64,000 nt of DNA from Candidatus Levybacteria bacterium CG2_30_37_29 (lineage in GTDB: Bacteria; Patescibacteriota; Microgenomatia; Levybacterales; GWA1-39-11), in the NCBI GenBank assembly GCA_001873215.1, contig MNYS01000009.1, positions 3,654 through 67,653 on the forward strand, read 5' to 3'. Of this stretch, positions 39,338 through 48,706 are shown piece after piece. Every line of letters begins with the position of its first letter. Within the stretch, counting starts at the first letter, position 1. The notes beneath the pieces are model-generated. The model ran no database searches. It was not told the origin of the DNA and was given only the letters and a program-made list of their open reading frames with translations. The position numbers were made by a program, and so were the translations under genes.

Positions 39338-40042
39338 TTAGGCTTCTTTTGCGACGGTTATTCCTACAACCGTTACGGCTCCACTTTTTTTAAGAACCTT
39401 TGCGCATTCTTGAAGCGTTGCAAAAGTCGTTGTAATATCATCAATTAAAATAATTGTTTTTCCGTTTAACTTGTTCTCAAATTTTTCTGCTACTTTAAGC
39501 GCGCCTAAAATATTTTTCTTTCTATCTTCTTTTGAAAGCTTATATTGAGGTTTTGTATCTTTTATTCTTTTAAGAATATCTTTTACATAAACAGCGTCAA
39601 GTTTTTTTGCTAAATTTTGTGCAATAATTCCTGCGTGATTATAGCCTCGGAATCGTTCCCGATTAGGATGTAAAGGGACGGGGGCAATAATAGGATTTTT
39701 TTGAAGCAATGGAAAGAGCGACTCATTTTGTATAATGCCCTCAAAAAGAATGTCTGAAAGAATAGGTCCAAGACTTGCAAGATACGGCGCGTATTTTAAT
39801 TGGTACAAAAGTTTTTTAACAACCCCCTTATATAAAAGCGTTGGGATTACACCGTCAAGAGAATATTTTTTCTTGCAAAACGGGTGAGTCATTCCGTTTA
39901 TTGCCGGCGCCAAGCATACAGGACAGGAAAAATTTGTAGTAAATGAAATTTTTGCAAAACAATCGGCGCACAAAAAACCTCCGAATTTTCGGCAATTTAC
40001 GCACCTTTTTGGAAATAAAATATCAAGAAGAATATTCTTCAT
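39338..40042 (-). CDS. comF: ComF family competence protein (Zn finger plus PRTase domain)
   Basis: CVNC, LCADC, PVPLH..R...RGYNH, LIDDITTT. Confidence 0.9.
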   Translation of the reverse strand: MKNILLDILFPKRCVNCRKFGGFLCADCFAKISFTTNFSCPVCLAPAINGMTHPFCKKKYSLDGVIPTLLYKGVVKKLLYQLKYAPYLASLGPILSDILFEGIIQNESLFPLLQKNPIIAPVPLHPNRERFRGYNHAGIIAQNLAKKLDAVYVKDILKRIKDTKPQYKLSKEDRKKNILGALKVAEKFENKLNGKTIILIDDITTTFATLQECAKVLKKSGAVTVVGITVAKEA

Positions 40043-40128
40043 CAATAATAATTGTATGAATTTTTATAGAAAGTTCAAACAGGAAATGAAGACCTGAAAT
40101 AGTTTTCACGCTACAAAGTTGTTTTTGA

Positions 40129-41265
40129 CTAACACGCGACCTCTGTGCTTCCGCAGTGCTGGCAACTTGGTAAAAGGCTGTTGAACGGCCGGATATTTGT
40201 CTGGCGGCAGGAAGGACATTTAAATTTCCTGTCGCCGTATCGATCAGGCCCTATTGCCTCGCCTCCCAACAAAACCGAGGAAAGAGATTGACCAAGAGAA
40301 AAAATGTTATTGCTCTGAAGCGTTCCCCCACAACTTCCAAATGCAGCCGGAGGAACATAATTATACTGAGGCAGAATATCAGAAAGACTGTTTTGCACAA
40401 CATAAGGTTTATCTTTTTTAAGAAATATATCCTCTCCTTTTTTAAGCATAAGCGTATAATTTTCAAGCGCGCGGAACGCAGCTATTTTTTCACGCCTATT
40501 GCCTTTTTGTATCACATCTACAACCTCCTCAATTAAAGGAGAGAGTCTTGCGATAATTCTATTGAATTTTGCTTGCGCTTCATCTGTTCCTAAAAAAGCA
40601 AATTGCTTTTTGCAAATATTATCAAATAGTTTTTCGTCTATTTGTTCTTCAACAAGAATAGGATTTTGTAAAAAATCCTCTGCTCTTTTGTTTTTAAATT
40701 CAATTCCAGAAGCTTGTGAAAGTACAAAATTAAACTGGTCAATATTAGGATTCTCTACCCTAATAGCAGTCATCGTTATTTTTTTTACCCCATTCTTTTC
40801 TTGCAAACTTCCTTTATAAATAAATCCGTAGTCACCATACCCTTCTTCTTTTGGACCTGGCGGACTCGCCCACAAAATAGTATCTTCTGTTTTTCCAAAC
40901 CGAAGTTGATCTTCAAGCCGTCTTATTCCGACAAGTTCTGCTTTTTCCCGAGACACATTTTCCCCCCGCAGACTTCTTTCTTGTATAGCGCGCGCTCCTT
41001 TTGCTACCATAGGCTCTCCTTTAAAAGAATCGCGAAGCGCAAAGAGACCTTCTTCTCCTTGCGAAAACTGTAGCTGATAGTGGAATTTAGGAACCTGCAA
41101 GCGGTATTCACCAAGATATGAAACAACATCTTCCCTAATAGCCTCACGTTCGTAAGAGCCTGGATAATATTCCAAATTAAACGCTTTTGACCCCACAATT
41201 TCTCGGGGCAAGTATTGCTCAGGCCTAATATCTTTATATGCAAGTGACTCTCTCATATTTTCCAA
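40129..41265 (-). CDS. Hypothetical protein with C-terminal Zn ribbon
   Basis: WASPPG, GSCGG, CPSC...CQHC; overlaps the pduO stop. Confidence 0.7.
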   Translation of the reverse strand: MENMRESLAYKDIRPEQYLPREIVGSKAFNLEYYPGSYEREAIREDVVSYLGEYRLQVPKFHYQLQFSQGEEGLFALRDSFKGEPMVAKGARAIQERSLRGENVSREKAELVGIRRLEDQLRFGKTEDTILWASPPGPKEEGYGDYGFIYKGSLQEKNGVKKITMTAIRVENPNIDQFNFVLSQASGIEFKNKRAEDFLQNPILVEEQIDEKLFDNICKKQFAFLGTDEAQAKFNRIIARLSPLIEEVVDVIQKGNRREKIAAFRALENYTLMLKKGEDIFLKKDKPYVVQNSLSDILPQYNYVPPAAFGSCGGTLQSNNIFSLGQSLSSVLLGGEAIGPDRYGDRKFKCPSCRQTNIRPFNSLLPSCQHCGSTEVAC

Positions 41266-41816
41266 ATGGTTTCTTTTTTCTTGTCTTTAAAATTTGCATA
41301 ACGGCTCATGGTAAAAAGAAGATCCGAAAGCCTATTTAAATATTGGACAACATCAGGATTCACTTCCTCTTTTTCCAAAAGCTTTGTCATTTTACGCTCC
41401 GCTCTCCTTGCAAGCGTTCTTGCAAACTGAAAACGCGAGCCAGTTTTTCCTCCCCCGGGAAGAATAAAATTTGAAAGAGGAATTAAAACTTTGGTCATAT
41501 TGTCAATTTCTTTTTCAAAAAAAGTGGTATTTTTGCAAAGGTGTTTTATTATGTCTTCACGTTTAAGATTTGCAAGGTAAGAACCTATACAAAACAAGTC
41601 GTTTTGCAGAAGAGTAAGTATTGAGGTAAATTTTTTTTTATAGGATTTGCTTTTTGGAATCTCTGAGATAATTATTCCCACAAATGAATTAAGCTCGTCA
41701 ATTGTTCCATATGTATCAACCCGCATTGAATGTTTCCAAACCCTTTCTCCGCTTCCCAAAGAAGTTTGTCCCAAATCCCCTTTTTTTGTATATATCGGCA
41801 TAAGATTTTTACTCAC
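41253..41816 (-). CDS. pduO: Cob(I)alamin adenosyltransferase, PduO type
   Basis: IYTKKGDLGQT, YGTIDELNS, QNDLF, FILPGG, ARTLARRAER, YLNRLSDLLF. Confidence 0.93.
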   Translation of the reverse strand: MSKNLMPIYTKKGDLGQTSLGSGERVWKHSMRVDTYGTIDELNSFVGIIISEIPKSKSYKKKFTSILTLLQNDLFCIGSYLANLKREDIIKHLCKNTTFFEKEIDNMTKVLIPLSNFILPGGGKTGSRFQFARTLARRAERKMTKLLEKEEVNPDVVQYLNRLSDLLFTMSRYANFKDKKKETIWKI

Positions 41817-41859
41817 TATACTCGGATAAACTTATAAAATAAAATCTTTTGTCAGCTTC

Positions 41860-41891
41860 AATTCATCCCCGATTCAATCGGGGCATTCTTG
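41860..41891. repeat. REP-like hairpin CCCCGATTCAATCGGGG; core repeated in inverted orientation at 8377-8391
   Basis: 15-mer CCCGATTCAATCGGG here; its reverse complement CCCGATTGAATCGGG lies in the intergenic region at 8377-8391. Confidence 0.65.
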
Positions 41892-41902
41892 AAACTTCCA
41901 AT

Positions 41903-41927
41903 AAAAAAACCTCCCGTTCCCGAGAGG
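41903..41927 (-). terminator. Intrinsic terminator/attenuator upstream of pduO
   Basis: Minus strand CCTCTCG-GGAA-CGGGAGG followed by T7. Confidence 0.75.
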
Positions 41928-41929
41928 TG

Positions 41930-42060
41930 CATGTTTACTGCCTGCTCGGGCTCCTCCGTTTGACGGATAATATATATTTGTTTTCTGGATATAACAGTAC
42001 CGGCAGTTCCGCCGACTTTCACGGCGCTTTCCAAATATATACTTTAAACTAAAACTCTTT
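41930..42060 (-). promoter_or_regulatory. Putative cobalamin riboswitch
   Basis: Minus strand GGAAAG-CGCCG-TGAAAGT-CGGCG-GAACTGCC-GGT-ACTGT ... GAGCCCGAGCA-GGCAGT, followed by a terminator; lies between nrdJ and pduO. Confidence 0.6.
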
Positions 42061-42150
42061 AACTAAATTCGTTTTACTCATATTCTTGTGTCTAGCATTC
42101 TGCATAGCCACAAGAATATTCATCTTATTCATGCAGTTGCGGCGCCTTCG

Positions 42151-44655
42151 TTAACACTCGGCGTAACCACAACTGTAGCACTTGGCGCACCCTTCCTCGT
42201 GGGCAAACGCTGCCTCACCGCAAGAAGGACACAAATCAAAATGCGAATTTGTATTAGAATTAATTTCACCAATACTTAATTGTTCAACTGGGGCAATCGG
42301 CAGGGAAACGTCTTCTGAAGAATTAAGACTTACTGTTTCTTCAGTTATAACAGCGTGTCCGTTTGTTTTTCCATTACCATTATAAGAAGACGAGCCGTTT
42401 CCATTTCCGTTATAAATAGTTGATGAATTTCCGTTTGGCAAATTGTTTGTGGATGCATCAACATTATTTGTTTGTTTTTTTATATCAATGACTTTTCCAT
42501 TTACTTTAAATTCAAAATGTTCTGCCAAAACCTTTGCTACCGCATCGGGAAGAGACCTAACTCTATTTTGCCCAAACCCAACAGATCGCATTCCCCCAAT
42601 TCCGGTTAATTGCGCTACGATTTGGCGGATTCGCTCGCGTGACTCAACAGGGCTTTGCAGACGCAAAACAAGAGAGATAAGCCGTCCAAGAGCATCAGAC
42701 ATTGCGGCAACATCATTTCCGGGTTTTCCAATTGTAATAAATAACTCAAAAGGATTTTTCTCAACGTCTGAATTTATAGTAATAAATGCGTCTCCAAGAG
42801 GAGTCTGAGTTTCATATGTTACTCCTTGCAAAACAAGCGGTCGTTTTCGGATAGGGCGTGGATCAGGAAGAGGAAGTTGTTGAGGTTTTTCAAGAACTTC
42901 ACTTGTCTCCTTTCTATCATCGACTCTTTCCAACACTCCGACTCGCGACCCGTCACGCATATATGCAATTCCTTTTAATCCCATGTCGTATGCAGCCATA
43001 TAAAGAGTTTTTACGTCTTCAATTGTGTGCGCGGTTGGCGCATTTACTGTTTTTGAAATCGAGGAATCAATATATTCTTGTGCAATCGCCTGAACCTTAA
43101 CATGATCAAGCGGGTCCAAATCATTTGCCGAAACAAAATAGTCGGGGCGGGCATCATTCGGGTGGTCTTTTCTCCATTCATCATACAATGGGTGGTATAC
43201 CTTATGTTCTCCTAGCCTATCGCGCCTTATAAATTCAAATTCATATACAGGTTCTATTCCTGAAGTAACGCCGCTTATAAGACTCGTTGTTCCTGTTGGT
43301 GCAATTGTTAAAAGCACTGCGTTTCTTATCCCCTGCTTTGCGATTTTTTTCTGAAGACGATGAGGAAGGCCCTTGATGTGATAACCTTGCAAGTATTTCT
43401 CACGATCAAATTTCGGGAAAGCCCCTTTTTCTTTTGCGATATCAATTGACTCTTCATATGCATTATCTCGAAGAGTTTGGAAGATTTTTTTAATAATAGG
43501 AAGAGACTCGGGTGCGCCGTATCGAATTTTCATTTTTATTAACGCGTCCCCAATTCCCATAATTCCAAGACCGGTCCGGCGAATATTTTTTGCACAATCC
43601 TCATTTTCTTTTAAGAAATAATATGTCTCATCAATAACATTGTCCAAGAAGCGCATTGCAACCTTAACGTCATTCCCGAAACTTTCAAAATCAAATTTTC
43701 CGTTTTTGACATACATTACCAAATTCATCGCTCCTAAATTACAAACGGCCCAAGCACCAAGAGGTTGTTCACCGCATGGATTGGTTGCAAGCAGCTTTTC
43801 AAAATAATAGGTGTTGCTTCTTTTGTTGCTTCGCTCAAGAAAATGAAGGCCCGGCTCGGCGCTTCTCCATGCGGCAGTACAAATTTTGTCCCAAATTTCC
43901 CGCGCCTTTAGGGTTCTGTAAATTTTTACTTTTCCGCCAAGAGCCTTCCATTCATCAAGTTCCCCGTTCCATTTTTCGTCATACATTGGGTCGTCAAGAT
44001 CAGGATATTGCAAAACCCAATCTTCATCTTTTTTAACCGCTTCCATAAAAGAATCTGACACACAAACAGACAAATTTGCGCCGTTTATTTTTGAAAGATC
44101 CTCTTTGACTGTTATAAATTCCTCAATGTCAGGATGCCAATCATGAAGCATAAGCATCAGGGCGCCGCGGCGCGTTCCCGCCTGTTGCACAATATCTTTT
44201 GTCGCAACAGAGAAAAGCTCTGCCCAATTTACAGGACCGGAAGAAAATCCATTGACTTTTTTAACTCGCGCACCTCTGGGACGAAGGGAAGAAAGATTGA
44301 ATCCGACGCCGCCGCCGCGCGCCATAATTTCAACCATTTGTTTGAGAGTTTCCAAAATCTCCCCTCTTGAATCTTTAGGAGAAGGAATAACAAAACAATT
44401 AAAATACGTTACTTGAAAACCTGTTCCCGCGCCTGACAAAATCCGTCCGCCCGGAACAAACTTGAAGTCTTCCATAACGCGGTAAAATTGTTTTTCCCAA
44501 TATTTTCTTACTTCTTTTTTTTCTTGGCTGGAAATTCCTTTTGCAACCCTCTTCCACATTTCCTCTGGAGTTTTTTCAAGGGCTACGCCGTCCTCGTCTT
44601 TTAGAGCGTACCTGTCCATAAAAACTTTGTGTGATAATTCTGAAAGCTTTATCAT
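42151..44655 (-). CDS. nrdJ: Class II (adenosylcobalamin-dependent) ribonucleotide reductase
   Basis: PGGRIL, NCFV, GGGVG, TNPCGEQPL, CNLG, TIAPTGT, YMRDGSR; C-terminal TSCPD-like domain and CPSC...CYSCG Zn site. Confidence 0.93.
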   Translation of the reverse strand: MIKLSELSHKVFMDRYALKDEDGVALEKTPEEMWKRVAKGISSQEKKEVRKYWEKQFYRVMEDFKFVPGGRILSGAGTGFQVTYFNCFVIPSPKDSRGEILETLKQMVEIMARGGGVGFNLSSLRPRGARVKKVNGFSSGPVNWAELFSVATKDIVQQAGTRRGALMLMLHDWHPDIEEFITVKEDLSKINGANLSVCVSDSFMEAVKKDEDWVLQYPDLDDPMYDEKWNGELDEWKALGGKVKIYRTLKAREIWDKICTAAWRSAEPGLHFLERSNKRSNTYYFEKLLATNPCGEQPLGAWAVCNLGAMNLVMYVKNGKFDFESFGNDVKVAMRFLDNVIDETYYFLKENEDCAKNIRRTGLGIMGIGDALIKMKIRYGAPESLPIIKKIFQTLRDNAYEESIDIAKEKGAFPKFDREKYLQGYHIKGLPHRLQKKIAKQGIRNAVLLTIAPTGTTSLISGVTSGIEPVYEFEFIRRDRLGEHKVYHPLYDEWRKDHPNDARPDYFVSANDLDPLDHVKVQAIAQEYIDSSISKTVNAPTAHTIEDVKTLYMAAYDMGLKGIAYMRDGSRVGVLERVDDRKETSEVLEKPQQLPLPDPRPIRKRPLVLQGVTYETQTPLGDAFITINSDVEKNPFELFITIGKPGNDVAAMSDALGRLISLVLRLQSPVESRERIRQIVAQLTGIGGMRSVGFGQNRVRSLPDAVAKVLAEHFEFKVNGKVIDIKKQTNNVDASTNNLPNGNSSTIYNGNGNGSSSYNGNGKTNGHAVITEETVSLNSSEDVSLPIAPVEQLSIGEINSNTNSHFDLCPSCGEAAFAHEEGCAKCYSCGYAEC

Positions 44656-44688
44656 AATATTTTATTAATTCACAAATTTTTAAACTAC

Positions 44689-45138
44689 CTATTTAATTAA
44701 CTTCTTCAATTCTTTTTCAAAATCTTCTAAGTCTACAAATCTTTTAAAAACGCTTGAAAATCTAATATATGCTATTTTGTCAATTTTTTTAAGTCTTACC
44801 GAAACCATTTGGCCTATTTTTTTTCCATCAATTTCAACAGTTTCAGATCCCTTTAATTCTCTTTCTACATCGTCAACAATTGTATTTATTTGATCAAGCG
44901 AAACGTCTGTTTTCTCACACGACTTAATAATTCCTGTTCTCAGTTTTTCGCGGTCAAACTGCTCCCGCCTTCCATCTTTTTTCTTTACAATAAGAGTAAT
45001 GTTTTCAATTCGCTCATAAGTTGTGAATCTTTTTGCGCAAGAAATGCACGTCCTTCTTCTGCGGATATTGCTTCCGTCTTCAGCGACTCTTGTTTCAACA
45101 ACCTCTGTTTGCGAACTTCTACAATACGGACACTCCAT
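44689..45138 (-). CDS. nrdR: Transcriptional repressor NrdR
   Basis: MECPYC, RRRRTCISCAKRFTTYE, ATP-cone, AYIRFSSV. Confidence 0.96.
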   Translation of the reverse strand: MECPYCRSSQTEVVETRVAEDGSNIRRRRTCISCAKRFTTYERIENITLIVKKKDGRREQFDREKLRTGIIKSCEKTDVSLDQINTIVDDVERELKGSETVEIDGKKIGQMVSVRLKKIDKIAYIRFSSVFKRFVDLEDFEKELKKLIK

Positions 45139-45147
45139 ATTTTTAAG

Positions 45148-45195
45148 GTACTATATCTAGTGCCAAGATAGATGGTAAACCACTATATCGGGGGT
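45148..45195. promoter_or_regulatory. Tandem NrdR boxes
   Basis: GTACTATATCTAGTGC (45148-45163) and CCACTATATCGGGGGT (45180-45195), 32 bp apart, matching acaCwAtATaTwGtg. Confidence 0.75.
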
Positions 45196-45332
45196 GTCAA
45201 CTAGAAACAAATATATCAAAGTATACAAGTGCTTTTTCCAGCCTCATCTTAATAAACGGGCAAAAATAGGACAGTGGCGGGCAAGGCATAAAAGTTTTTT
45301 GCTAAAAAAACTTACTCAAAAAATTGTTATTA

Positions 45333-45887
45333 CTATTGATTTTGAGGAAAAAGCAATTGGATGTTTTTTTTAAATTCGATGATTCGAAAAATCTCCGTAC
45401 GCACGTTTTCCTTTTTTCCTTTTTTTACTTTTTGCTCAATTTGTTTTGCGACTTCTTCGTGTTTTTTCAAAGAAAGACGCAAATTTTCAATAAGTGAATT
45501 AATTGGTTTTCCTGCTTTTTTGGAAACCTGTGACATTCTAACTGCTTCTGAAAAATAGTTGTTGCTTTTTGAAAGAGTAGTTACTACCAAATCATCTTTT
45601 CCGCCGAGTGCTAAAAACCATGCTGCGTTTACTTTTTTATCAGACGTCAAAAGATTAAATTCCGCTTTTTTTTGTGAGTCATTTATAAGAACGCTTATTA
45701 GTCTGTCCCGAACCGCTTTTAAAAAATACAAAGGATTATCCGGCAAAAGTCCGGGATACGGCAATTCGTAATTAGTTGGAGTAGCACTTTGAGTACCTGT
45801 CAAATCTGCTTGCGCAAAAGTCTTTGGGGCAAAAATAGTAATAGAAAAAATTATAAGGCAGAGAAAAAGAAAAACATATTTTTTCAT
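45333..45887 (-). CDS. Secreted helical protein (DUF5667-like)
   Basis: Signal peptide MKKYVFLF; YELPYPGLLPDNPLYFLK motif. Confidence 0.75.
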   Translation of the reverse strand: MKKYVFLFLCLIIFSITIFAPKTFAQADLTGTQSATPTNYELPYPGLLPDNPLYFLKAVRDRLISVLINDSQKKAEFNLLTSDKKVNAAWFLALGGKDDLVVTTLSKSNNYFSEAVRMSQVSKKAGKPINSLIENLRLSLKKHEEVAKQIEQKVKKGKKENVRTEIFRIIEFKKNIQLLFPQNQ

Positions 45888-46055
45888 ACAAAAAATGCTG
45901 TAAAGAATGCTTGGCAACATAATACCCTTTGCGCGTAAAATTGTCAAATACTGTCATGGACATATTTTTGGTGTAAGAAAACAACCATAGAATAATCCGT
46001 CTACAAAAGAAAAATCCACAACTACAACCAGAGGCCTTTGTTTGCATGTTTAAAT

Positions 46056-46098
46056 TGGCAACCTCTGGCAAACCTCTGGCAAGGCCCGACCTTGCCAA
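46056..46098. repeat. REP-like cluster on one flank of the RAYT
   Basis: Repeated AACCTCTGGCAA and hairpin TGGCAAGG-CCCGA-CCTTGCCA (46077-46097). Confidence 0.8.
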
Positions 46099-46127
46099 TG
46101 GGTTAAGAAAGACCTGCCTCTGTTTTA

Positions 46128-46803
46128 TTAGTCTGTTTCTAAGATAAAATCTCCAAGAATTTCTTCGCTTGAAAATCCTTCCCTGTAATCTTCTATAAAT
46201 TCCTTATAGGAACTATAGTAGCCACCAATCTTCTTGTTGCTAAAATATTTAAGAATGAAATCTGGTTTTATCCAGCTTGCTTTTTTTAACCCTAAATAGT
46301 AAGGGTAGCTTGTGAATTCAAGGAAGTTGATTTTATCGTTTAGGATTTTGCTTGGATTAAGGTGAATATATCGAGATAAATGAAGAATATAATTGTCGTC
46401 CAAAACAAGTACCCCTTTATATTTGTCCTGAAACAAATGTCCTGTTCGACCATATTTTTTATTAAAATACATCGCATAAGACGTGCATAGCCGGGTCATA
46501 AATTTTGTAATTCCGTTGGCTTCGGTTTGTTTAACCAGAAGATGGAAATGATTAGGCATGAGCGCAAATCCAAGTAATTCTATTTCACCATACATATTTG
46601 TTTGCATGATTCGATCAAGTCGAACGCCGGGATCTTGAAATGAAGGTAAATCTTCTTTTGGCGAGAGGTATTGTTTTAAAAGTCGCAAGAATACAGTGCA
46701 GTCGCTTTGATCCTGAAATATAATTCTCTTATCTACTCCCCTATTGTATTAGGTGATAGTAACCGTTCTCCACGTATATCTTTACTCTATTTTTAGAAGG
46801 CAT
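46128..46803 (-). pseudogene. REP-associated tyrosine transposase (RAYT/Y1 HUH) with +1 frameshift near 46750
   Basis: MPSKNR...GYYHL then frameshift to YNRGVDKRIIF; ALMPNHFHLL (HUH), GHLFQ, YIHLNP, TSY. Confidence 0.85.
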
Positions 46804-46835
46804 ACATTAAAAATACCTGACTTTCATATCCATGT

Positions 46836-46910
46836 CAAGGCCCGACCTTGCCAACCCTTGCCAACCCGACCTTGCCAACCTGCCAATGCTTGCCAAGCTT
46901 GGTAAGGCAT
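46836..46910. repeat. REP-like cluster on the other flank of the RAYT
   Basis: CAAGGCCCGACCTTGCCAA (identical to 46080-46098) followed by several more TGCCAA units. Confidence 0.8.
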
Positions 46911-47015
46911 TATCGATGAAGAAGTGGTAAAGAAGTTTTGTACCAAACCCACTCCTTTCGTTGCCTTGACATTTATTTTTACTTTCTTCATACTTAAAAT
47001 GGAAGTGCTGTCCCT

Positions 47016-48695
47016 ATGAAATTACTAAAATTTGGATTTATTATTCTTTGTCTTTTATTTTTTGGTTTTGGACTTATCAAGCCGGCAGAAGCTCAGTCAA
47101 CACTAAATTATCCTCCACAAACAAATCCCGATGTTCCAAAAAATCTTCACACATACACCCAGAGTACAATAATAGAACTTCTTGCCGCCGCTTCTTGCCA
47201 ACTTTTAGGAATAGATCCTTTGAATATCGGAGGGAAATGTCTTGGAATTGATTTAAAAACAAAAAAAATAGGGTATGTGGAAAATAATGGTGGCGTAATG
47301 GCATTTGCAGGGGATATGATTGGAAATACGTTTAAGATTCCGATTTCTTCCCATCAATACTTTGCTTCTCTTGCCTCTCAATTCGGTCTTGCTAAAAAAA
47401 CTTACGCAAAACAAATTGACGTTTTTGATGACGGGACAAATACTGGCGCCATTTCAAAACCAACAGGAGTCATGGAACAAGGTCTTGGATTTTTGGGCCT
47501 TCATCCATTAATAAAACTGTGGACAAGCTTCCGGAATATTGTCTATCTTGTTTTTGTATTTGTCTTTGTTCTAATAGGTCTTGGTATTATGTTCCGTTTA
47601 AAAATTGACCCGCGCACCGTTATGACTATACAAAACCAGCTTCCTAAAATTGTTGTTGCCTTGATTCTTGTCACGCTTTCTTACGCAATTGCAGGTTTTC
47701 TTGTTGACCTTATGTATGTTCTTTTATATCTTGTGTTCCATATTTTTTCGAAAGTTGACCCCCAAATTAGCACCATAAATCCTTCAACTTTTATTTATAC
47801 AAATCCTGTTGGCGCGGTAGGCGGAATTGGAGGACTTTCTGGAATCGCAAATAACGCGGGAGGAAGTGTCGGAAATATTGTTGCTTCGCTTTTTGACGGA
47901 ACTTGGGGAAGGGTTGTTGCCGGAATAATAAGCGCTGTCGTAGGAGGAATAATTGGTGGAGGAATTGGAGGAATTTTTGGGGCTGGCCCTATTGGTGGAA
48001 TAATTGGAGGTATCGTATCTGGAATAACAGGAGCATTTTTCTCTGATTCAATTATTAATGTTGTTGCGCACGTTATCGGCTTTCTTATCATAGGAATTGC
48101 CATGCTTCAGGCGCTTTTCAGACTATGGTTCCAGCTTATCAAAGCCTACATATATATATTAATAGGGGTTACTCTTGCGCCTTTTTATATTGTCATGGGG
48201 CTTTTCCCGGGATCAGGGGTAGGATTTGGAAGCTGGCTTAGAACGCTTATTTCAAATTTAGCCGCGTTCCCGACAGTACTTTTCATGTTTTTGCTGGGAG
48301 AATTTTTTATAAGAGGGCTTAGAAACAATGGAACAAACAGCTTTGTTCCTCCTTTTGTCGGGAATCCAAGCGATACATCAAATTTTGGTGCGCTTATTGG
48401 TCTTGGGATAATCCTTATGACCCCCGAAGTTGTGAATATTGTAAGAGATAAATTGAAAGCTCCGCAATTCAAATACACATCCTCTATTACTGGTGCTCTC
48501 AGGGGGTCAACTAAAACAATAAATGAGGGTAGGAGATGGGGATGGGATAGACTTGCGAGACCACGAAATCTTCAAACTGGGGATCCTGGGGGACCATTGA
48601 GACAATGGGTGACACAAGCGGCGACTCCTAGTAATACTAATCCAAATCCATCACGACTAGCAAGAACCATTAGGGCTGTTTTTGGTTGGCATTAG
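47016..48695 (+). CDS. VirB6/TrbL-like polytopic T4SS membrane protein with glycine zipper
   Basis: Signal peptide, W..FRNIVY..F...GLGIMFR, LPKIVVALILVTLSYAIAG, APF..MG..PG, W.R.LISNL; GxxxG tract. Confidence 0.7.
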   Translation: MKLLKFGFIILCLLFFGFGLIKPAEAQSTLNYPPQTNPDVPKNLHTYTQSTIIELLAAASCQLLGIDPLNIGGKCLGIDLKTKKIGYVENNGGVMAFAGDMIGNTFKIPISSHQYFASLASQFGLAKKTYAKQIDVFDDGTNTGAISKPTGVMEQGLGFLGLHPLIKLWTSFRNIVYLVFVFVFVLIGLGIMFRLKIDPRTVMTIQNQLPKIVVALILVTLSYAIAGFLVDLMYVLLYLVFHIFSKVDPQISTINPSTFIYTNPVGAVGGIGGLSGIANNAGGSVGNIVASLFDGTWGRVVAGIISAVVGGIIGGGIGGIFGAGPIGGIIGGIVSGITGAFFSDSIINVVAHVIGFLIIGIAMLQALFRLWFQLIKAYIYILIGVTLAPFYIVMGLFPGSGVGFGSWLRTLISNLAAFPTVLFMFLLGEFFIRGLRNNGTNSFVPPFVGNPSDTSNFGALIGLGIILMTPEVVNIVRDKLKAPQFKYTSSITGALRGSTKTINEGRRWGWDRLARPRNLQTGDPGGPLRQWVTQAATPSNTNPNPSRLARTIRAVFGWH

Positions 48696-48706
48696 CGTCC
48701 CCAATT

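Noticed and set aside
41930-42060. FMN riboswitch interpretation of the GTGAAAGTC hairpin
   Set aside because: The second T-loop domain and the AGTCCGGATGGGAG-type 3' motif are absent; context (nrdJ, pduO) and the GGAA/ACTGT motifs favour cobalamin.
42151-44655. Intein or intron in nrdJ (also checked VirB4, VirD4-like and pcrA)
   Set aside because: Lengths are ordinary and no C/S...HN splice motifs were seen; the Asn/Gly-rich stretch is a low-complexity linker.
46836-46910. Possible CRISPR array
   Set aside because: Units are short, irregular and lack unique spacers; no cas genes; better explained as RAYT-associated REPs.
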